The notes under the pieces: generated by a model | What the model saw: the letters and a program-made list of their open reading frames with translations, nothing else | Told to the model about the DNA's origin: nothing | The model's database searches: none | In this document: positions 10,481 to 20,279 of the stretch, piece by piece | Layout: each line of letters begins with the position of its first letter | How positions within the stretch are numbered: position 1 is the first letter of the stretch | Made by a program: the position numbers and the translations under genes | NCBI GenBank assembly: GCA_963849525.1 | Contig: CAWKHL010000004.1 | Span: 48,509-112,508, forward strand | Length of the DNA stretch: 64,000 nt | Source of the DNA: an uncultured Acidobacteriota bacterium | Lineage (GTDB): Bacteria > Acidobacteriota > Vicinamibacteria > Vicinamibacterales > SCN-69-37 | Reading direction: 5' to 3'

Positions 10481-10616
10481 GCTGACCTGGGCGCCGCCTG
10501 CGGCGGCGATTGGCAAGAACCCGCTCAGCGAGAGCACGTTGGAGTTGAGCCGTGCTCTCGTTGAGCGGGTTCTTGCCAATCGCCACGCCCGGCAACGCCG
10601 GGCTGCCCAGGTCAGC
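10481..10616. other. 136-nt branched near-perfect palindrome (structured RNA, REP or MITE-like element)
   Basis: Outer arms gctgacctgggc / gcccaggtcagc. Inner 31-nt arms gattggcaagaacccgctcagcgagagcacg / cgtgctctcgttgagcgggttcttgccaatc have 1 mismatch, G-U compatible. Two side hairpins: gccgcctgcggcggc and gcccggcaacgccgggc. Confidence 0.8.
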
Positions 10617-10671
10617 TCGCCAACGCGGCACGCCTCCATGCGCTTCATGGTGTAATGTCTGGGGCTTCTTG

Positions 10672-11112
10672 ATGTCTCTTCCGAAACGTCCCGATCGAGT
10701 CCTGCCGGACGAGCCCGAGTATCGGCCGCTCGAGCGGTTCTGGCCGTACGCGGAGCTCTCCGAGCAGCCGACCGACGAGGAGCTGGCCGCGCTGCAGCCG
10801 GAGCTCCGCCAGGCGATCTTCGGCGCACCGGATCGGCCGTTCTCGATTGCGATTGAATTTCCGGCGTTCGACGGTCCCGACTATCCGCGGGCCGTCGAGT
10901 TGGCGCAGGCCTCCGACGAGTACATCGAGACGACGGCCGCCGGCGTGCGGCGCCATCGGGCGCGGTACCAGCCCGGCGCGCGCCCGCTCGAGTTGCGGGA
11001 CCTGTATGAACTGGTGGCCTCGGTGCCGGACTCCGAGATTTTCGTCGGAGACCAGCCCGTGCCGTATGCGCGGGAGTTGTGGCTCCCGCTCGTGTGGTGG
11101 TTGATTCGATGA
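10672..11112 (+). CDS. Hypothetical protein (146 aa)
   Basis: ATG 10672 inside track ORF 10552..11112. The upstream part of that ORF is the palindrome. Coding-like codon usage, no family recognised. Confidence 0.5.
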   Translation: MSLPKRPDRVLPDEPEYRPLERFWPYAELSEQPTDEELAALQPELRQAIFGAPDRPFSIAIEFPAFDGPDYPRAVELAQASDEYIETTAAGVRRHRARYQPGARPLELRDLYELVASVPDSEIFVGDQPVPYARELWLPLVWWLIR

Positions 11113-11178
11113 CGAGCGGCGTGACGCCGTCAGGGTTGAGGGACCGGAACGCGCGCTCCGGCCCCTCGCGTGGTTTGG

Positions 11179-11385
11179 TTAGCTTGGCTTGGTGACGTTA
11201 CCGGCCTGCGGCCCCTTGGGACCGTCGACGATCTCGAACTCGACCGCTTGGCCTTCTTCGAGCGTCCGGAATCCGGCCCCCTGGATTGCCGAGAAGTGAA
11301 CGAACACGTCGTTCCCTCCCTCACGCTCGATGAATCCGTAGCCCTTGGCGTTGTTGAACCACTTGACCTTGCCCGTGATGCGCAT
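11179..11385 (-). CDS. cspA: Cold-shock protein (CspA family)
   Basis: 68 aa. [34 protein letters not shown].. contains the RNP1 (KGYGFI) and RNP2 (VFVHF) motifs. Confidence 0.95.
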   Translation of the reverse strand: MRITGKVKWFNNAKGYGFIEREGGNDVFVHFSAIQGAGFRTLEEGQAVEFEIVDGPKGPQAGNVTKPS

Positions 11386-11553
11386 CGTGCCTGCCTTGCG
11401 AGAATCGCGGCGGGAGTCGCCGCATTACGACCCTGTCGCGCGTGAGCCCGACGGGGTACAAAAAAAGACCGCAACTGCGCGGCCTTCAGCTTTCGACGCC
11501 GGCCCGCCCAGCGTCAGCCCGCTACACTACTCAGGGGCCGTATGTTTGTCAAG

Positions 11554-11731
11554 GGCCATTCATTGGGCCATTTGGTCATTGAGGCAGTTGACCATTGACT
11601 CGCAATGTGCGGCAGTTGCTGGGGGGCGGTAGCTCATGGACGGATAGCGCCGAGTAGCTATAACACGGCAGCCAGGTTCAATGCCCCAATGGCTCAATGG
11701 CCCAATGGCCCAATGGCCCAATGGCCCAATA
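11554..11731. repeat. Inverted 8-nt arrays (CCATTGRG / CCCAATGG family) around a ~78-nt core
   Basis: Left: ggccattcattgggccatttggtcattgagg.. (11554-11601). Right: ccccaatggctcaatggcccaatggcccaatggcccaatggcccaat (11679-11731). Lies in the cspA-purH divergent spacer. Confidence 0.8.
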
Positions 11732-11742
11732 GGATCTATTTC

Positions 11743-13336
11743 ATGCGCGCATTACTGAGTGTCTCGAACAAGGCTGGATTGGTGCCCTTGGCGACCGCGT
11801 TGGCGGGCGGAGGATGGGAGTTGGTGTTGACCGGCGGAACCGCGCGGGCGCTCGAGCAGGCGGGGCTCGCAGGTGATCGGCATCTCGGACGTCACGGGCG
11901 TGCCGGAGATGATGGACGGCCGCGTGAAGACCCTTCACCCGAAGGTGCACGGCGGCATTCTGGCCCGGCGGCATCATGCGCCCGACCGTGCCGCGCTGGC
12001 CGAGCAGGCAATCGCGCCCATCGACCTCGTCGTCGTCAATCTCTATCCGTTCGCGGCTGCCGCGGCGCGCCCGGACATCGCGTTCGACGACCTGGTGGAG
12101 GAGATCGACATCGGCGGGCCAAGCCTGGTGCGCGCCGCCGCCAAGAACTTCCGTGACGTGCTCGTGGTCGTCGACCCGGCCGACTACGAAAGCGTGGTCG
12201 AGGCGCTCGCGGGCCCGGGCGGTCCGTCGCTCGCGTTTCGTTTCGAGCTCGCGCGGAAGGCGATTCGCCACACGGCCGACTACGACAAGATGATTGCCGC
12301 GACGCTCGACGAAGTGCAGGTGGATGAGGGGGCCGGGGCCTTCACGCGGAAGCGCGCGGGCGCGGGCGGCGAGCTGTTTCCGACGGTGTGGCAGCCGAAG
12401 CTCGAAAAGGTCCAGGACCTTCGGTACGGCGAGAATCCCCACCAGCCGGGCGCGTGGTACGCGGACGCCAAGGCCGGCTTCGGCGCCGCCAAAGTACACC
12501 AAGGCAAGGAGCTGTCCTTCAATAACCTGCTCGACCTCGACGCGGCGGCGCGCATCGCGCTCGAGTTCGAGGAGCCGGTCGCCGTCGTGATCAAGCACAC
12601 CAACCCGTGCGGCGTGGCGACCGGCGCGTCGCTCGCGGACGCTTACGTGCGCGCCCGCGACGCCGACGCGCTGTCGGCGTTCGGCAGCATCGTGGGGCTC
12701 AACCGGCCGCTCGACGAGGAGACCGCCCGTGCGATTGTGACGACGTTCGTCGAGGCCGTGCTCGCGCCCTCGCTCGAACCGCGCGAGGCGGTGCTGGCGA
12801 TTCTCGCGGCGAAGCCGAACCTGCGCGTCGTCACGGCGCGGTTCGACGCGCTGGCGAACGGCCGCGACGCCCGGTCGCTTCTCGGCGGCTGGCTGGTGCA
12901 GGGCCGGGACCACGCCGACGAGGCGCGCGCGCCGTGGCGCGCGGGTGAGGCGCCGCGCGTCGTGACCAAGCGCGCGCCGACGCCCGTCGAATGGCAGGCG
13001 CTCCGATTTGCGTGGCGCGTCTGCGCGCACGTGAAGTCGAACGCCGTCATCTTCACGTCCGCCGACCAGACGCTGGCCGTTGGCGCCGGCCAGATGAGCC
13101 GCGTGGATGCCGTCAACACGGCCGTGCTGAAAGCCGGCGGCGAGCGGCTGCGCGGCTCGGTGGCGGCCTCCGACGCCTTCTTCCCGTTTCGCGACGGGCT
13201 CGACGCCGTCGCGAAGGCCGGTGCCACCGCCGTCGTCCAGCCCGGCGGATCGAGAAACGACGCCGAGGTCATTGCCGCCGCCGATGAGCACGGCCTGGCG
13301 ATGGTCTTCACCGGCCGGAGGCATTTCAGACACTGA
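11743..13336 (+). pseudogene. purH: Bifunctional AICAR transformylase / IMP cyclohydrolase, one +1 frame break near codon 42
   Basis: MRALLSVSNKAGLVPLATALAGGGWELVLTGGTARALEQAGLA runs in the frame of ATG 11743. [30 protein letters not shown].. continues one frame on from 11873. One surplus nt lies at 11869-11872. Confidence 0.9.
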
Positions 13337-13340
13337 AGCC

Positions 13341-13632
13341 AGTCATTGGGCCATTGGGCCATTGAGCCATTTGGCCATTGGGCCATTGAGCCATTGAGTC
13401 ATTGAGTCATTGAGTCATTGAGTCATTGGGCGATTGAGTCGTTGAGTTATTGAGTGATCGGCTGTTGGCTATTGGTAACTGAAGGGCATGTGTGCCCAGC
13501 GGCACTGGTTGATGTCAACTTCGCCGACGACCACACAGCGGACAGCGAGGCCCAGGTGCCCCAATACCCCAATGACCCAATGGCCCAATGGCCCAATGGC
13601 CCAATGACCCAATGACCCAATGGCCCAATAAC
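13341..13632. repeat. Large inverted pair of 8-nt arrays (NCATTGRG x ~14 / CCCAATGR x ~9) around a ~100-nt core
   Basis: 13341-13455: tcattgggccattgggccattgagccatttgg..gtcattgagtcattgagtcattgag.. 13558-13630: gccccaataccccaatgacccaatggcccaatggcccaatgg.. The core contains the small hairpin gggcatgtgtgccc. Confidence 0.9.
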
Positions 13633-13652
13633 CAACAGTCATAGTTCTTCCC

Positions 13653-15306
13653 GTGAAGCGCTTTCTCAGTCCGCTCCTTGTCCTGCTCGCGCTGGCGATC
13701 CCGGTGTTCTTCGTGTGCCTGGGCGCGAATTCGATCTGGGACGCGAATGAGGCGTTCTATGTCGAGACGCCGCGGCAGATGATCCTGTCGGGCGACTACA
13801 TCAATCCGAGCTTCAACGGCGCGCCGCGGTTCAACAAGCCGGTGCTGAGCTACTGGATGGTCGCGGGACTGTACCGGCTGTTCGGGACGTCGGTGGTCGT
13901 CGAGCGGGTCGGCATCGCCCTCGGCGCGCTGGGCATCGTGCTCGCGGCCTTCCTCATCGGCCGCGCGCTGCGATCGACCCGCACGGGAGTGCTCGCGGCG
14001 CTGGTGGTCGCCACCGCGCCCCAGGTCGTCTGGTTCGCGCGGCGGATCTTCATCGACGTCTATCTCACGCTGTTCACCTCATTGGCGCTGGCCTGCTTCG
14101 TGCTCGCCGAACGGCACGCGGCCCATCGCCGGCGCTGGCTGGTCCTCATGTACGTCGCGCTCGGGCTCGGCGTGCTGACGAAGGGCCCGGTGGCCGTCGC
14201 GCTGCCGGGGCTGGCGTGCGTGCTGTGGCTCGCGTCGAGCCGCCGGCTCGGCGACCTCAAGCGCTTCATGCTCGTGCCCGGCGCGCTCGATTGTCCTGGC
14301 CATTGTGGTGCCCTGGTATGCGGCCGTCTATGCACAGCATGGATGGACGTATATCGTGAGCTTCTTCATAGGCGAGAACCTCGGACGCTATACGAACGCG
14401 ATGACGCCGGGCGGCCGCGGCGTGCTGTTCTACATACCGGTTCTTCTGGGCGGACTGTTTCCATGGGCACCGCTCGTGCTCGTGCCGCTGTGGCAGGTGG
14501 CGGCCGAGTGGTGGCGGCCGTCGGCCACTGGCGGCGGCCGCGCCGCGCTGCGCCGGCTGCTCTGGCTGTGGATCGTCGTGTTCGTCGCGGTGTTCTCGTT
14601 TTCGCGAACCAAGGAAGACCTCTACATCTTTCCCGTGGTGCCCGCGGTGGCCGCGCTCGTCGCCGACGCGCTCGTGGAGCGCGTGGAGGGCGGACGCGCG
14701 CGCGCGCTGGGCGCCGTCTTCATCGTGGTGTGCGGGCTGTGCCTCGTCGTCGCGCCGGCGGCATACTGGCTGTTCGGTCCGTCGGCCGGCTACTACGCGA
14801 TGGGCGGCGCCTCCACGTTCGCCGTGGTCCTGGGAACGACCGGGCTCGCGGCCGGCCTGTTCTGGCTGCGCGGTCGCCCTGCGACGGGGATCGCGGCGCT
14901 TGGCGCGGGGTTCGTCGTGCTGAACTACCTGTTCGTGGCGCAGGTGCTGCCCCAGGCCGAGCGGTCAAAGCCCGTGCCGCCCCTGGCGCGGACGCTTGCG
15001 GCCGACGCGGCGCCGGATGCACGTGTCGGCTCGTTCAACATGGGGCTCCAGAGCTTTGTGTACTACTCGGGCCGGTCCGCGATCGCGGAGATCGACTCGC
15101 TCGACGAGGCGCGCACGTTCTTCGCCGGCGACCGCGAAGCATGGGCGATCATGGGCGGCGACGAGTGGACCGAGGTTCAACGCGCCGTCCCGGGAACCTG
15201 CGTCGCCGCCGAGCGCCATCTCTCGATCTTCGACGCGAAGCTCGGCGACATCATCACCCGCACCCCGCCGCCGGCGGTGCTGCTCGTGAAGAACAGGTGC
15301 CATTGA
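13653..15306 (+). pseudogene. Glycosyltransferase family 39 (ArnT/PMT-like GT-C), one +1 frame break
   Basis: N-terminal part: ..ANSIWDANEAFYVETPRQMILSGDYINPSFNGAPRFNKPVLSYWMVAG..LKRFMLVPGAL in the frame of 13653. It continues IVLAIVVPWYAAVYAQHGW..LLVKNRCH* in the frame of track ORF 14305..15306. Junction near 14289. Confidence 0.85.
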
Positions 15307-15573
15307 GCCATTGGGTCATTGGGCCATTGGGTCATTGGGTCATTGGGTCAATGGGCCATTTGGGTCACTAAGACAAACTACGCCGAAGTCACCCGTAGCC
15401 AATTAATGAGACGCGTCGAACCCAATGGGTCGATTGGCTCAATGGCCCAATGGCTCAATGACCCAATGACCCAATGACCCAATGGCCCAATGGCCCAATG
15501 GCTCAATGGCCCAATGGCCCAATGGCCCAATGGCCCAATGGCCCAATGGCCCAATGACCCAATGACCCAACGG
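15299..15573. repeat. Inverted 8-nt arrays (CCATTGGG / CCCAATGG family) between convergent genes
   Basis: Left 15299-15368, right 15421-15573 (~19 units), with a ~50-nt core. The arrays abut or overlap the stop codons of both flanking genes. Confidence 0.9.
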
Positions 15574-15574
15574 C

Positions 15575-16774
15575 TCATCCCCCGATCTTCGGCAGCCACG
15601 GGCCGAGGGCGAGGCGCAGGACGATGAGCGTCGCCCAGGTGACGGCTGGCAGGGCGGGGATGGCGGCGTCGAGGCGGCGGATGGTCTGGCGCACCCAGCC
15701 CCAGGACTGGTAGGCGACGACGGCGCCGGCCGCGCCGAGCAAGTAGGTCGCCGAGAACGCGTAGCGTTCCGCAAACCGACTGACGCCGCTCAAGAGCAGC
15801 GCGGCGAACGCCGTGAAGCCGAGGACGAACACCAATCCGCGCCGCGCCGGCGATCGGTCGACCGCCGGCCGATCCGTCGGGCCCGCGCCGCGCGTCCACG
15901 CGAGCCACAGGAGCGCGAGGCTCCACGGCGCCGGCTGATAGAGCAGGCGCGTGAGGTAGAAGGCGACGTGCCGAAAGAACGTGCCGGCCTGGGCGATGGG
16001 CGTCGAGACGGTGACGGGGGCCAGCTGGCGGTTCCAGTAGGCCAGCCAGAACGAGTCGCCCGTGATGCGGATGTAGGAGATATCGTAGGCCGCCGCGGCG
16101 ACGAACATGGCCGCGCCGGCGACGAGCCAGGCGACCACGGGCCGCGCGCGCGACCCGCCGCCGGGATTGACCAGGATCCACAGCCCCGCGGCCGCCAGGA
16201 TGAGCGCCACGAACGCGCCTTTGATCACCAGGCCGCCGGCGAACCCGCAGGCGACGAGCGCCACCCACCACCACGAGCGCTTGACGCCCAGCAGGCCCAA
16301 GAGCGTCGCGAGCAGACAGACGAGCATCGGATATTCGTGGTTGTCGCGGATGCGGAACACGAAGGCGAGCGGCATGATCTGCAGCAGGACGAGGAGGGCG
16401 CGTCCTTCTTCCGCCGACGTCAGGCGGCCCGCCAGTTGGCCTGCGAGCAGGAGCGCCAGCAGGCCGGCGCCAATGCCGAAGACGTACGCGCCCTGCACCG
16501 GGGGGAGGCCCAGGCGTCCAAGGGCGGCCGGCACCCAGAAGAGGCCGGCCGGGTTCTCGATGAAGTACCCGGATAGATGCGCGTCGGGCCAGAGCCCCCA
16601 CCATTCGGGCGACGTCCATCGATTGAGGGGCTGGGTCGAGAGCTTGGCCGACAGATCGGCGTAGAGCGCCGAGTCCGGGTCATGGCTCTTGAACTTCATC
16701 GCGACCAGCAGCGCGGCGACCGCGATGAAGGCGATCACCCACACCACCCGATCGCGGCGCGAGAGCAGCCGCAT
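15575..16774 (-). CDS. Putative GT-C family membrane glycosyltransferase (ArnT/PMT_2-like)
   Basis: Real start MRLLSRRDRVVWVIAF.. at 16774 inside track ORF 15575..17032. About 11 TM segments and an early DPDSALYADLS motif typical of GT-C enzymes. Sits in the envelope gene block. Confidence 0.55.
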   Translation of the reverse strand: MRLLSRRDRVVWVIAFIAVAALLVAMKFKSHDPDSALYADLSAKLSTQPLNRWTSPEWWGLWPDAHLSGYFIENPAGLFWVPAALGRLGLPPVQGAYVFGIGAGLLALLLAGQLAGRLTSAEEGRALLVLLQIMPLAFVFRIRDNHEYPMLVCLLATLLGLLGVKRSWWWVALVACGFAGGLVIKGAFVALILAAAGLWILVNPGGGSRARPVVAWLVAGAAMFVAAAAYDISYIRITGDSFWLAYWNRQLAPVTVSTPIAQAGTFFRHVAFYLTRLLYQPAPWSLALLWLAWTRGAGPTDRPAVDRSPARRGLVFVLGFTAFAALLLSGVSRFAERYAFSATYLLGAAGAVVAYQSWGWVRQTIRRLDAAIPALPAVTWATLIVLRLALGPWLPKIGG

Positions 16775-16779
16775 CGGCG

Positions 16780-17769
16780 TCACCGGCTCGCGCCGTCGAG
16801 CGCCGCGATGAGCTCGTCGAACGGCGCCACGGCGGGGCCGAACCGCGCGACCACGAGGGCCGCGGCGATGGTGGCCACGCGCGCGGCGTCGGCGAGCGGC
16901 GCGCCGGCGGCCAGGCTCAAGGCCAGCGTGGCGATGACGGTGTCTCCGGCGCCGGTGACGTCGGCGACCTCCCGCGCGGACGCCGGCAGGTGGCGCTCGT
17001 CCGTGGTCGGCCCCGAGGCGTCGAGCAGCCACATGCCGTGCTCGCCCCAGGTGATGAGCACGTTCGCGCCGCTCTGCTCGTGGATCGCGCGCGCCGCGTC
17101 GCGCGCCTGATCGGGCGTGCGGATGCGCGTGCCGGCCATGAGCTCCGCCTCGTGGTGATTGGGCGTGATGAGCGTCGCGCCGCGATACCGATCCGCGTGC
17201 GGCAGTTTGGGATCGACGAGCAGCGGGACGCCCGCCGACCGGGCGCTCCGGGCGACGGCGCTGATCACGGCCGGGGCGGCGACGCCCTTCCGGTAGTCGG
17301 AGATGACCACCGCATCGGCCTCGCCGACCGCGCGCGCGGCGGTCTCCGACAATTGCCGGAGCACCTGGTCGTTGACGTCGCTATCTTCCTCGTAGTCGAC
17401 CCGCGCCACCTGCTGGTTGCGCGATGTGACGACCCGCACCTTGCGCGTGGTCGGCCTCGTCGGATCGACGACGAGGCCGGCGTCGGCCAGGCCGTTTGCG
17501 CCGAGCAGCCGGCGCAGCTCATCGGCCGGGGCGTCGCGGCCCACCAGACCGACCAGCGTCGCCTGTCCACCGAGGGCCCGCACGTTGTTGGCGACATTGG
17601 CGGCGCCGCCCAGCCGGTAGTCCTCGCGGTCGAATCGGATGATGGGGACCGGCGCTTCCGGCGACATGCGGTCGGCCCGCCCGAAGAGAAAGTGATCGAG
17701 CATGACGTCGCCGATGACGGTGACGCGGCGGCCGAGCCACTGCCGGGCGAGGTCGGCGGGGCGGCTCAC
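16780..17769 (-). CDS. rfaE1: D-glycero-beta-D-manno-heptose-7-phosphate kinase (PfkB family, RfaE domain I)
   Basis: 329 aa. ..VIGDVMLDHF..PEAPVPI..RLGGAANVANN..ITPNHHEAE..DVTGAGDTVIA.. is the ribokinase-fold signature. Next to the heptosyltransferase. Confidence 0.85.
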   Translation of the reverse strand: MSRPADLARQWLGRRVTVIGDVMLDHFLFGRADRMSPEAPVPIIRFDREDYRLGGAANVANNVRALGGQATLVGLVGRDAPADELRRLLGANGLADAGLVVDPTRPTTRKVRVVTSRNQQVARVDYEEDSDVNDQVLRQLSETAARAVGEADAVVISDYRKGVAAPAVISAVARSARSAGVPLLVDPKLPHADRYRGATLITPNHHEAELMAGTRIRTPDQARDAARAIHEQSGANVLITWGEHGMWLLDASGPTTDERHLPASAREVADVTGAGDTVIATLALSLAAGAPLADAARVATIAAALVVARFGPAVAPFDELIAALDGASR

Positions 17770-18966
17770 GTCGCCCTACCCGCCGCGGCGTCCGGCGCCG
17801 CCGCGCGAACGACGCTCACCGCGTAGGGAAGCGTGATGATGCCGAGAAAGAGCACGAGAAACTCGGAGTCGCCGAAGTTGTATTCAAACAGGCCCGCGGC
17901 CAGCATGGCGACGAGCGCGGCGGCCCCCGCACCGGCCACGGCTTTGTGGGGACCGCGCAGCAGCTGCCGGAATAGATCGCGACCGGCGACGACCACGAAC
18001 CACAGGAACGCCGCGAGCGCCGGCAGCCCGCGCTCGGCCGCGATCTGCACGGGCACGTTGTGCAGATGCGCCCGCGTTTGCGGGCCGACCGACCCGGCCG
18101 GGTCGACCGCGTCGGCCGTGCGATAGAGCGGGTACATCCGCGGCACCATGTTGAGGCCGACGCCGAACCACGGATGGTCGTGGATCATCGCCGCGCCCGA
18201 CTCGAGCATGGCGATCCGATCCTGGTTGGTCGGGTTGTGCAGGTCGAACACCGACAGGGCGCGACGCTGGGCGATCGACGGCGCGGCAAGCAGGAACAGC
18301 ACGGCGGCGACCGGCAGGACGATCGTGAGCTTGGCGTTGCGGATCGCCAGGAGGACGCCAATCGCCACCATCGTGCCGACCCAGGCGTTGCGCGACTCGG
18401 TCACCACCAGCGCGACGAGCAGCGCCGGGACGGCGATGGCGGGCCAGATCCACTGTTTGCCGACCTGAATCAGCCGCGCCGCCGCGGCGCAGACGACGAG
18501 CATCAGCACGCCGGAATACGTCATGTAGTGTCCGAGCGTGCCCCGCGGGCGGTTGTTCATCTGGTCGAAGCCCAGCGCGGCGTACTCGACGATGCCGATG
18601 AGCGCGCCCGCGGCCCCGAGCGCGATGATGACGTCGAGCGTCCGGGTGGCGCGGTCGCCGCGCAGCAGCCGCGAGGTCATCGGCACGATGGCGAACAGCA
18701 GCATCTGGCGCGACCGGATGAAGCTGGCGGCCGGATCGACCGAGAACGCGCAGCTGACGCAGCGTCAGGCCCGCGTAGACCATCAACGGCAGGAAGAACG
18801 CGGGCACGTCCGGCCGGCGTCCCTCGCGGATCGCGATCCACAGCCACAGCAGGCCGGGAATGACCAGCAGGTTCGCGCCGAAGATCGTGAACTGGACGAT
18901 GCCGAGGCAGGCCGCGAGCGCGACGTACCCGGCCAGCTCGATTCGCGACGTGCTCGGTGCGTTCAT
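17766..18966 (-). pseudogene. O-antigen ligase-like (Wzy_C) membrane protein, one +1 frame break
   Basis: N-terminus MNAPSTSRIELAGYVALAACLGIVQF..MVYAGLTL runs in the frame starting at 18966. It continues SCAFSVDPAASFIRSRQMLLFAIVPM.. in the frame of track ORF 17766..18704. Junction near 18756-18759. Confidence 0.8.
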
Positions 18967-20036
18967 GTGGTGGCTCCCAGCAACTGTTCCGCCGCCTCGA
19001 CGACCCGCGGCGCCGAGATTCCCGTCAAGCAGCGGAAGTCCCCCGGCGCGCACACGCGCTGATCGCACGGCCGGCAGGGCAGGACGCCCGCGTCGAGCGA
19101 GACCGTCGGCCGGTCGCGCGGGCGCCACGGGGCCGACCGCTCGGCCAGCGTCGGTCCGTACAACCCGACGACCGGGACGTCCGACGTCGCCGCGACGTGC
19201 AGCGGCCCGCTGTCGCCGCCGATGAACAGCGCGGCGCGATCCACGAGCGCCCGCAACTGCTGGAGCGAAAACCCTTCGGCGTCCAGGATCCGCGCCGCAT
19301 GGACGCCCGCCGCGCCTCGCGCGGCCGAGAGCACGCGTCCGACCGCGGCCCGATCGGACGGACCCGCCGTGACCGCGACCCAGCGGTCGGCGCCCGCCGA
19401 GGCCAGGCGCGCCGCGACGTCCGCGAAGGACGCCTCGGGCCAGCGGCGGAACGGATTGCCCGCGCTCACGTGCAGCACGATCAGCCGCGCCCGCGCGGGC
19501 ACCGCGGCGTCCGCCAGCCACCGGTCCACGGTCGTCCGCGCCGCATCCTCGACGGGCATCTCGACGCGGTCCGCGTCCGGGCTCGGCCCCGGGGCGAACG
19601 CGGCGTCGAATCCCGCCAGCAAGTCCCATTGGTTTTCCACCGAATGCCGCGGCCGAAACGCGCGCGGCCGGTGGATCACCCGGGTGTACATCCAGGCGCG
19701 GCCGGCAACATCGTAGCCTACTCGCACCGGCGCGCGCGTGGCCCAGGTCAACCAGGCGCTCCGCGGTCCGCCGTGCAGGTCGATGGCCAGATCGTAGCGG
19801 GCGGCCCGCAACTGCCGGGCCAGTCGCCAGTCGTCCAGGACCCGCCGCCATCCGCGGCGGCGCGCGACGACGAGCAGGTCGTTGAGATGGGGATTGTGGA
19901 GCACGACCGGCGCGGCCGCCGGCTCGACCAGGTACGTCAGGTGGGCGTTGGGCCAGCGGCGCCGCACGGCTCGAATCACCGGCGTCGTGAACACCACGTC
20001 GCCGATCAGCCGCAGGCGCACCAGCAGGATCTTCAA
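18963..20036 (-). CDS. Glycosyltransferase family 9 (LPS heptosyltransferase, WaaF/WaaC-like)
   Basis: 357 aa. MKILLVRLRLIGDVVFTTPVIRAVR..IDLHGGPRSA..FIGGDSGPLHVAA.. is the GT9 pattern. The stop overlaps the next start (ATGA). Confidence 0.85.
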   Translation of the reverse strand: MKILLVRLRLIGDVVFTTPVIRAVRRRWPNAHLTYLVEPAAAPVVLHNPHLNDLLVVARRRGWRRVLDDWRLARQLRAARYDLAIDLHGGPRSAWLTWATRAPVRVGYDVAGRAWMYTRVIHRPRAFRPRHSVENQWDLLAGFDAAFAPGPSPDADRVEMPVEDAARTTVDRWLADAAVPARARLIVLHVSAGNPFRRWPEASFADVAARLASAGADRWVAVTAGPSDRAAVGRVLSAARGAAGVHAARILDAEGFSLQQLRALVDRAALFIGGDSGPLHVAATSDVPVVGLYGPTLAERSAPWRPRDRPTVSLDAGVLPCRPCDQRVCAPGDFRCLTGISAPRVVEAAEQLLGATT

Positions 20037-20069
20037 GCGACGAGTCGCGACCGGGCCCGGTGCCCGGCG

Positions 20070-20240
20070 TCAGGCTTCAACGGTCGCTTCATCGATGAGC
20101 ATGACCGGGATGTCGTCCTTGATCGGGTAGACGCGGCGGCACTGGTCGCAGCGCAGCGCGGCGCCATCCTTGACCAGATGGACGGGCGTCTTGCACGCGG
20201 GGCAGACAAGAATCTCGAGGAGCGCGGGATCGACGGCCAT
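20070..20240 (-). CDS. Trm112 / UPF0434 family small zinc-ribbon protein
   Basis: 56 aa. MAVDPALLEILVCPACKTPVHLVKDGAALRCDQCRRVYPIKDDIPVMLIDEATVEA. These are the last codons of the spurious 665-aa track ORF. Confidence 0.85.
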   Translation of the reverse strand: MAVDPALLEILVCPACKTPVHLVKDGAALRCDQCRRVYPIKDDIPVMLIDEATVEA

Positions 20241-20279
20241 CGGAGGAATATAGCAGGATATGCGAAAATAGCATCCCAA

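Noticed and set aside
11440-11480. T7 run with a short stem on the minus strand ~85 nt upstream of cspA as a terminator
   Set aside because: The stem is only 4-5 bp, and there is no upstream minus-strand gene to terminate. It is more likely part of the long csp 5' UTR or promoter region.
13447-16619. ORFs translating WVIGPLGHW / GHWAIGPLSHW-type peptides (13447..13635 -, tail of 13653..15371 +, 15378..16619 -, 15439..15774 -)
   Set aside because: These are translations of the 8-nt CCAATGG arrays. The periodic peptide simply reflects 8-nt units read in three phases.
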